Source: Camelus ferus (Eukaryota). Taken from it: 64,000 nt of DNA. The stretch spans positions 96,784,001-96,848,000 of the forward strand of contig NC_045697.1 in NCBI RefSeq assembly GCF_009834535.1, in the 5' to 3' direction. This document shows positions 59,911 to 64,000 of this stretch, piece after piece; the stretch's first letter is position 1, and each line of letters starts with the position of its first letter. The position numbers and the translations under genes were made by a program. The notes under the pieces were generated by a model that saw nothing but the letters and a program-made list of their open reading frames with translations, made no database searches and was not told the origin of the DNA.

Positions 59911-61707
59911 AATAACAAAAATAGATAAAAAATTAAGTAAAATAGAACAATTAAGTCAAAACTAGTGATAAAACTGGGCAACTGTGATTTTTTCACAGCA
60001 TATGCAGGCAGTGTTGAAAACATTCCATGTAATGGAAATAGAGATATTCTTATGAACTCTTGTCTTTTCAATTTAGTCTTGGTTGCCCAGTAAGTGACAT
60101 AGTGTGTTTATTTATAGACATGAGACAACAAAGATAGAACTGATTCCATTTAAAATGATTATTCCTGATCATCTCAGCAGGACCAAATATTTCCACTGAC
60201 AGTGCCAGGCTTTCTGCCTGGTGGCATTTTCTGGGACTCAGTGCAGAAAAGACATAACCAGATCAGAACATGGTGGTCTCACAGAGTTGAGAGCACTGCA
60301 TTTGGGGAGATCATCATGAAAGTAAATATAAAAATAAAAATATTTAACAAAATGATTAGAAATTCTTTTGAGTAATATATAAAAACAATATTCCATGAAA
60401 AGGTCTCCACCCACCCCAGGAAAGCAAGTTTAACGTTTTAAAGTTAAAAAAATGTATAATTAATCGTATTAATAGAATAAAGGAGAAAAGTATAGGATGG
60501 TACCATTAGATACAGAAATAACACGATAAAATTCAACATCCAGTCATAAGAACTGTCATACAAATAGGATTAAAAGGGAAAATTTCCATTCTGATAAACC
60601 TACTTATTTGAAAAATCTTTGAAAAACCTACTTCTAATTTTATACTTAGTGGTGAATGACTGATTGCTTTCCCTCTAAGATTAGGGAGGCAAGGATGCCC
60701 ATTCTTACTACTTCTTTATAACATTTTTTTTTTCCTGGAGGTTCTATCTAGTACAATAAAGAAAAAAAAAGTTCAAAGCATGTTTATTACAAAAGATGAT
60801 GTAAAAATATTTTATTTTATAGTTGATGGAATACCCAAAGACACCTGGGAAATATCAATTGTGTTTTTGTACACTGGGAAATAATCAGTAAATGAAATAA
60901 AAATATCATTTAAACTAGCATTAAAAAGGCAAAATAATTTAGGATAAATTCAACACAATATAAGAAAAAAAAATTTATAAATAATTACAAATATTACATT
61001 TCTGCCAATAATTTAAGACTACATAAAATTTGGAAAGACATGCCAATTTCATGTATTGAAATAAATGATACTGTAAAGGTCTTAGTTTTCCCAAAGTGGG
61101 TCCATATATTCAGCATAATCTCAATCAAAAGTCCTCAAAAAATTTTTTATTTGGTTTTGTTTTGGTAGATGACAAATTGATTCTAAAATTTGTATGAAAC
61201 TACAAAGTCACAAAAAAAAGCTAAAATAAAAATAAAATAGAACAAAATTGGAAGAGTTACACTAATGCATTTTAAGACCTACTCTCAAAGTCTTAAAAGG
61301 GTGTGGTATTCACTTAAGGACAGATTTAGGTCAAATGAAGCAATTCACAAAATTGAGAAATATACTATTCACCTCTACTAAAATCCACGTGTGTCATTTG
61401 CTCAGTTCACTAAAAAATGAATCTTTCCCAAATCATGTTAATTAATTTTTCAGTGCTGCTATGGAAAAAAAATAATCTTTTTACTAAATAGTGGTGAAAT
61501 GGTAGAATGGGTATCCCAAGAAATATATCTTAACAATTTCCTCTTTCCAAATGGTTATTAACTCAAATGCAGTCATACACTTAAGCATAAAAAAGATGAG
61601 GTGTAAAAGTTCTGGAAAGAAATGTAAGAAAAAAATTTCCCCAACATAAAATAGACAGGGGTAGGCAAAGATTTTTGAAAGAACTCAAAAAACACAAGGC
61701 ATAATCT

Positions 61708-61796
61708 ACACACATATATATTTACATGCGTATATATATGTATGTGTGTATGTGTGTGTGTATATATATACATATGTATTTATATGTATATATCTG
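61708..61796. repeat. (TA)/(TG)-rich simple repeat
   Basis: acacacatatatatttacatgcgtatatatatgtatgtgtgtatgtgtgtgtgtatatatataca. Confidence 0.9.
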
Positions 61797-61798
61797 TA

Positions 61799-62083
61799 CA
61801 GTTGGCCCTCTATATTCCACAGGTTCCATATTTGTGAATTCAACCAACTGTGGCTCAAAAATATTTTAAAAAATCCAGAAGTTCCAAAAAGGAAAACTTG
61901 TTGCAATGGCAAAAATTGCTGCACAATGGCTACTATTTACATTGTATTTACATAGAATGTGTGTAGATTTTATGCAAATACTACTCCATTTTACATAAGG
62001 GCCTTGAGTATCCATGGATTTTGGTATCCACAGGGGTTCTGGAACCAATCCCCCATACATATATACAGTCATCTCCCGGTGTA
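61799..62083. mobile_element. TcMar-Tigger element (Tigger3/MER2-group)
   Basis: ta|cagttggccctc...gaattcaaccaactgtgg...ttatgcaaatactactccatttt...catggattttggtatccac...ggaaccaatcccc. Confidence 0.85.
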
Positions 62084-62559
62084 TACACACACACACGCGT
62101 GCGCACACACACACAGGAGTTTGGTATAAGCCCACAATATAACACTGTGCAGTAAGAAAGAACGAACCATGGATAACACAAGAACATGGATAAATATCAA
62201 AAGTATTTTGCTAAACCAAAAAAGCTAGACAGGAAAAAAGAAAAACATACTGAATTATTCTATTTATGTGAAATTCTATGTCAGGCAAAATTAATGACAG
62301 TGACCAAGAGCCAAAATGTGATGTCCTGGAGCCAGGGATGGATGGGTGGGTCTAGTGCAAAGCACTAATGGAAAATGAAATGTCTATGTACATCCTGATG
62401 TGTGATTACACAGATACTAATACGTTAAAATATATGAACTAAAAATTAAAAATGAGTGTATTTTATCATATATATCTTGTATCAAAATTAAGTAGATTTA
62501 AAAAGCAAATTGCAACAGCTAAATAAAATAATGCTCAAGCTCTGTCCTAGAACAATTAA

Positions 62560-62635
62560 ATAAGAATCTGTGCATCAGTATTTTCTACAAAGCTTCTGGG
62601 GGAAATTCTAATGTGTAGGCAATGTTTAAAATATC
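62560..62635. mobile_element. MER5-like hAT MITE, right part
   Basis: agaatct...gcatcagtattttctacaaagcttct...attctaatgtgtagg. Confidence 0.5.
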
Positions 62636-63279
62636 TTATTTAATGGAAATGAAGGTGTCATTCTTATAGACTTCTAGTGTCCTGCCTGTCTCACTTACTA
62701 GTAAGGGATGTAATTGTCGATTTTATTTTGTTTTGTTTTGTTTGTATGTTCCTAGACCTAATTCACCAAAGATGAAACTACTTCATTATAAAAGTCTCCT
62801 GATGATAACCTTAGCAGTCAGAACATCACCTTTGACTCAAAAAAAAAAAAAAAGAAAAGAAAAAGAAAAAATGTTCATACACTTTCATACAAGGGATATT
62901 CTTCTTTTAACTTTCCTAGAGATAATTCCAAAACAATGGTAGCAAACATTTTATAAGAGGGGCTGATTTATTTAACTAGTTTTTACACAGCCTGTTGTAC
63001 TCAAAAATATTTCAAACAGATAACAATAGAATTAATGTGCACATTCTAAAAAAAATGTCTGAAAGAAGAAAGAATATCAGTGTCTCAATGAAAATTTGTC
63101 CATGGACTCTCAGTTGTCATGGACCATGCATTGAGCAAAAATGATCAATAAAATAAACATGCGGGAGACATATTGAAGTAACAAAGAGTAGACAAATCCG
63201 ATTATGGATTGTCTCCTTCCAGAAGATTAGAAGATTCAACATTGACTGATGCCTCTTCTTTCTTTCTTACCATTGCTGC

Positions 63280-63450
63280 CTGTGTCATAGCTAAGAGTTT
63301 GGGCTTTGGAGCCAGACATCTTACCTCCATCACTTACTAAGTGCAAATAAACCCATCTCTCTGGACTTCATTAGTAATCTTGGATAAAAATACTTGCTAT
63401 TGGATAATGTGACCATTAATTGAATTAATGTATGTAACTTGCCTAGCAAT
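63280..63450 (+). mobile_element. MIR SINE
   Basis: taagagtttgggctttggagccagac...ctccatcacttacta...tgaattaatgtatgtaa. Confidence 0.65.
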
Positions 63451-64000
63451 TTTAAATTAAAATAAGTTTTGAATACCATTAATCTTATTATATTTCAAAA
63501 TTTGTCCCTTATTAATGATCATACAAGGCAGAGACAGTGACTTTTATATCACCTAAATTCACATATGGTATGGTAAAACAAGAACTATACCTATACAAAT
63601 AAGATGACAATGTACAACCATTTAATATTACTCCAACTAATGGAGAAAAGATAGTCTTTTAGATCTAAAAATATATTATTACAAGTTTGCAATATTGGAG
63701 GAGGAAGTTCTGCTTTCAATAAAAAGACTTACAAAGCTTGTGTAGGGAAATCTGGAAATCTGAGGCAATAGGTCAAGGTTGGCAAAAACAAGGCAGGCAT
63801 ACTGCCATTATCCCCTCTGCCCTTGGTAGACATCTAATAGATCATGAAACTGTCCTACTGTGTCTTCAGAGAGTCTAAGAATCTTTCTTATTTGAAAGCT
63901 CTAGGCTGCCCCTTCTATTGAAGTTGATATTTCTGATAAATTTGCTATAGATGGATATAGATGATCCTTATAGCTATAATCATTATAAACATTCTTGCCT

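Larger units (their letters stand above)
60440..62510 (+). mobile_element. Old L1M (L1ME-like) ORF2 and 3' UTR fragments
   Basis: gataaaattcaacatcca, gctttccctctaagat, ggcaaggatgccc, ctggaggttctatctagtacaataa, tgacaaattgattctaaaattt, gaacaaaattggaagagttacacta. Confidence 0.8.

Noticed and set aside
63675..64000. Possible MLT2/LTR fragment at the window end
   Set aside because: Only vague motif resemblance, not enough to call.
1..64000. CRISPR arrays, operons, rRNA or a multi-gene novel system
   Set aside because: The DNA is mammalian and repeat-rich. I saw no regularly spaced repeat-spacer array, rRNA similarity, CpG island or credible long ORFs.

Overview
AT-rich, CpG-poor mammalian genomic DNA, very probably camelid (alpaca/llama/camel). 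The clade call rests on two tRNA-derived SINEs and four young L1 3' tails that match camelid-type repeats as I recall them. The window is essentially intergenic or gene-desert. It is dominated by decayed transposable elements: L1, L2, MIR, MaLR/ERVL/ERV1 LTRs, hAT and Tigger MITEs, and a 5.4-kb deleted ERV1-class provirus with a nested solo LTR. No ORF in the supplied track is a credible intact gene. The only gene-like signal is a candidate 3'-terminal coding exon near 2.2 kb that I cannot identify. The most unusual observations are: (i) a 23-nt tRNA-Cys fragment ending exactly at the anticodon, inserted with a target-site duplication at an ERV polypurine-tract/LTR junction; (ii) a large degenerate palindrome resembling the ancient conserved repeat MER121; (iii) two antisense polyadenylated non-TE fragments that look like truncated mRNA retrocopies; (iv) a flipped terminal inverted repeat, a 121-bp local duplication and several small palindromes or templated insertions. 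I find no evidence for a new multi-gene system. Repeat family names come from recall of consensus sequences, not from a database search.
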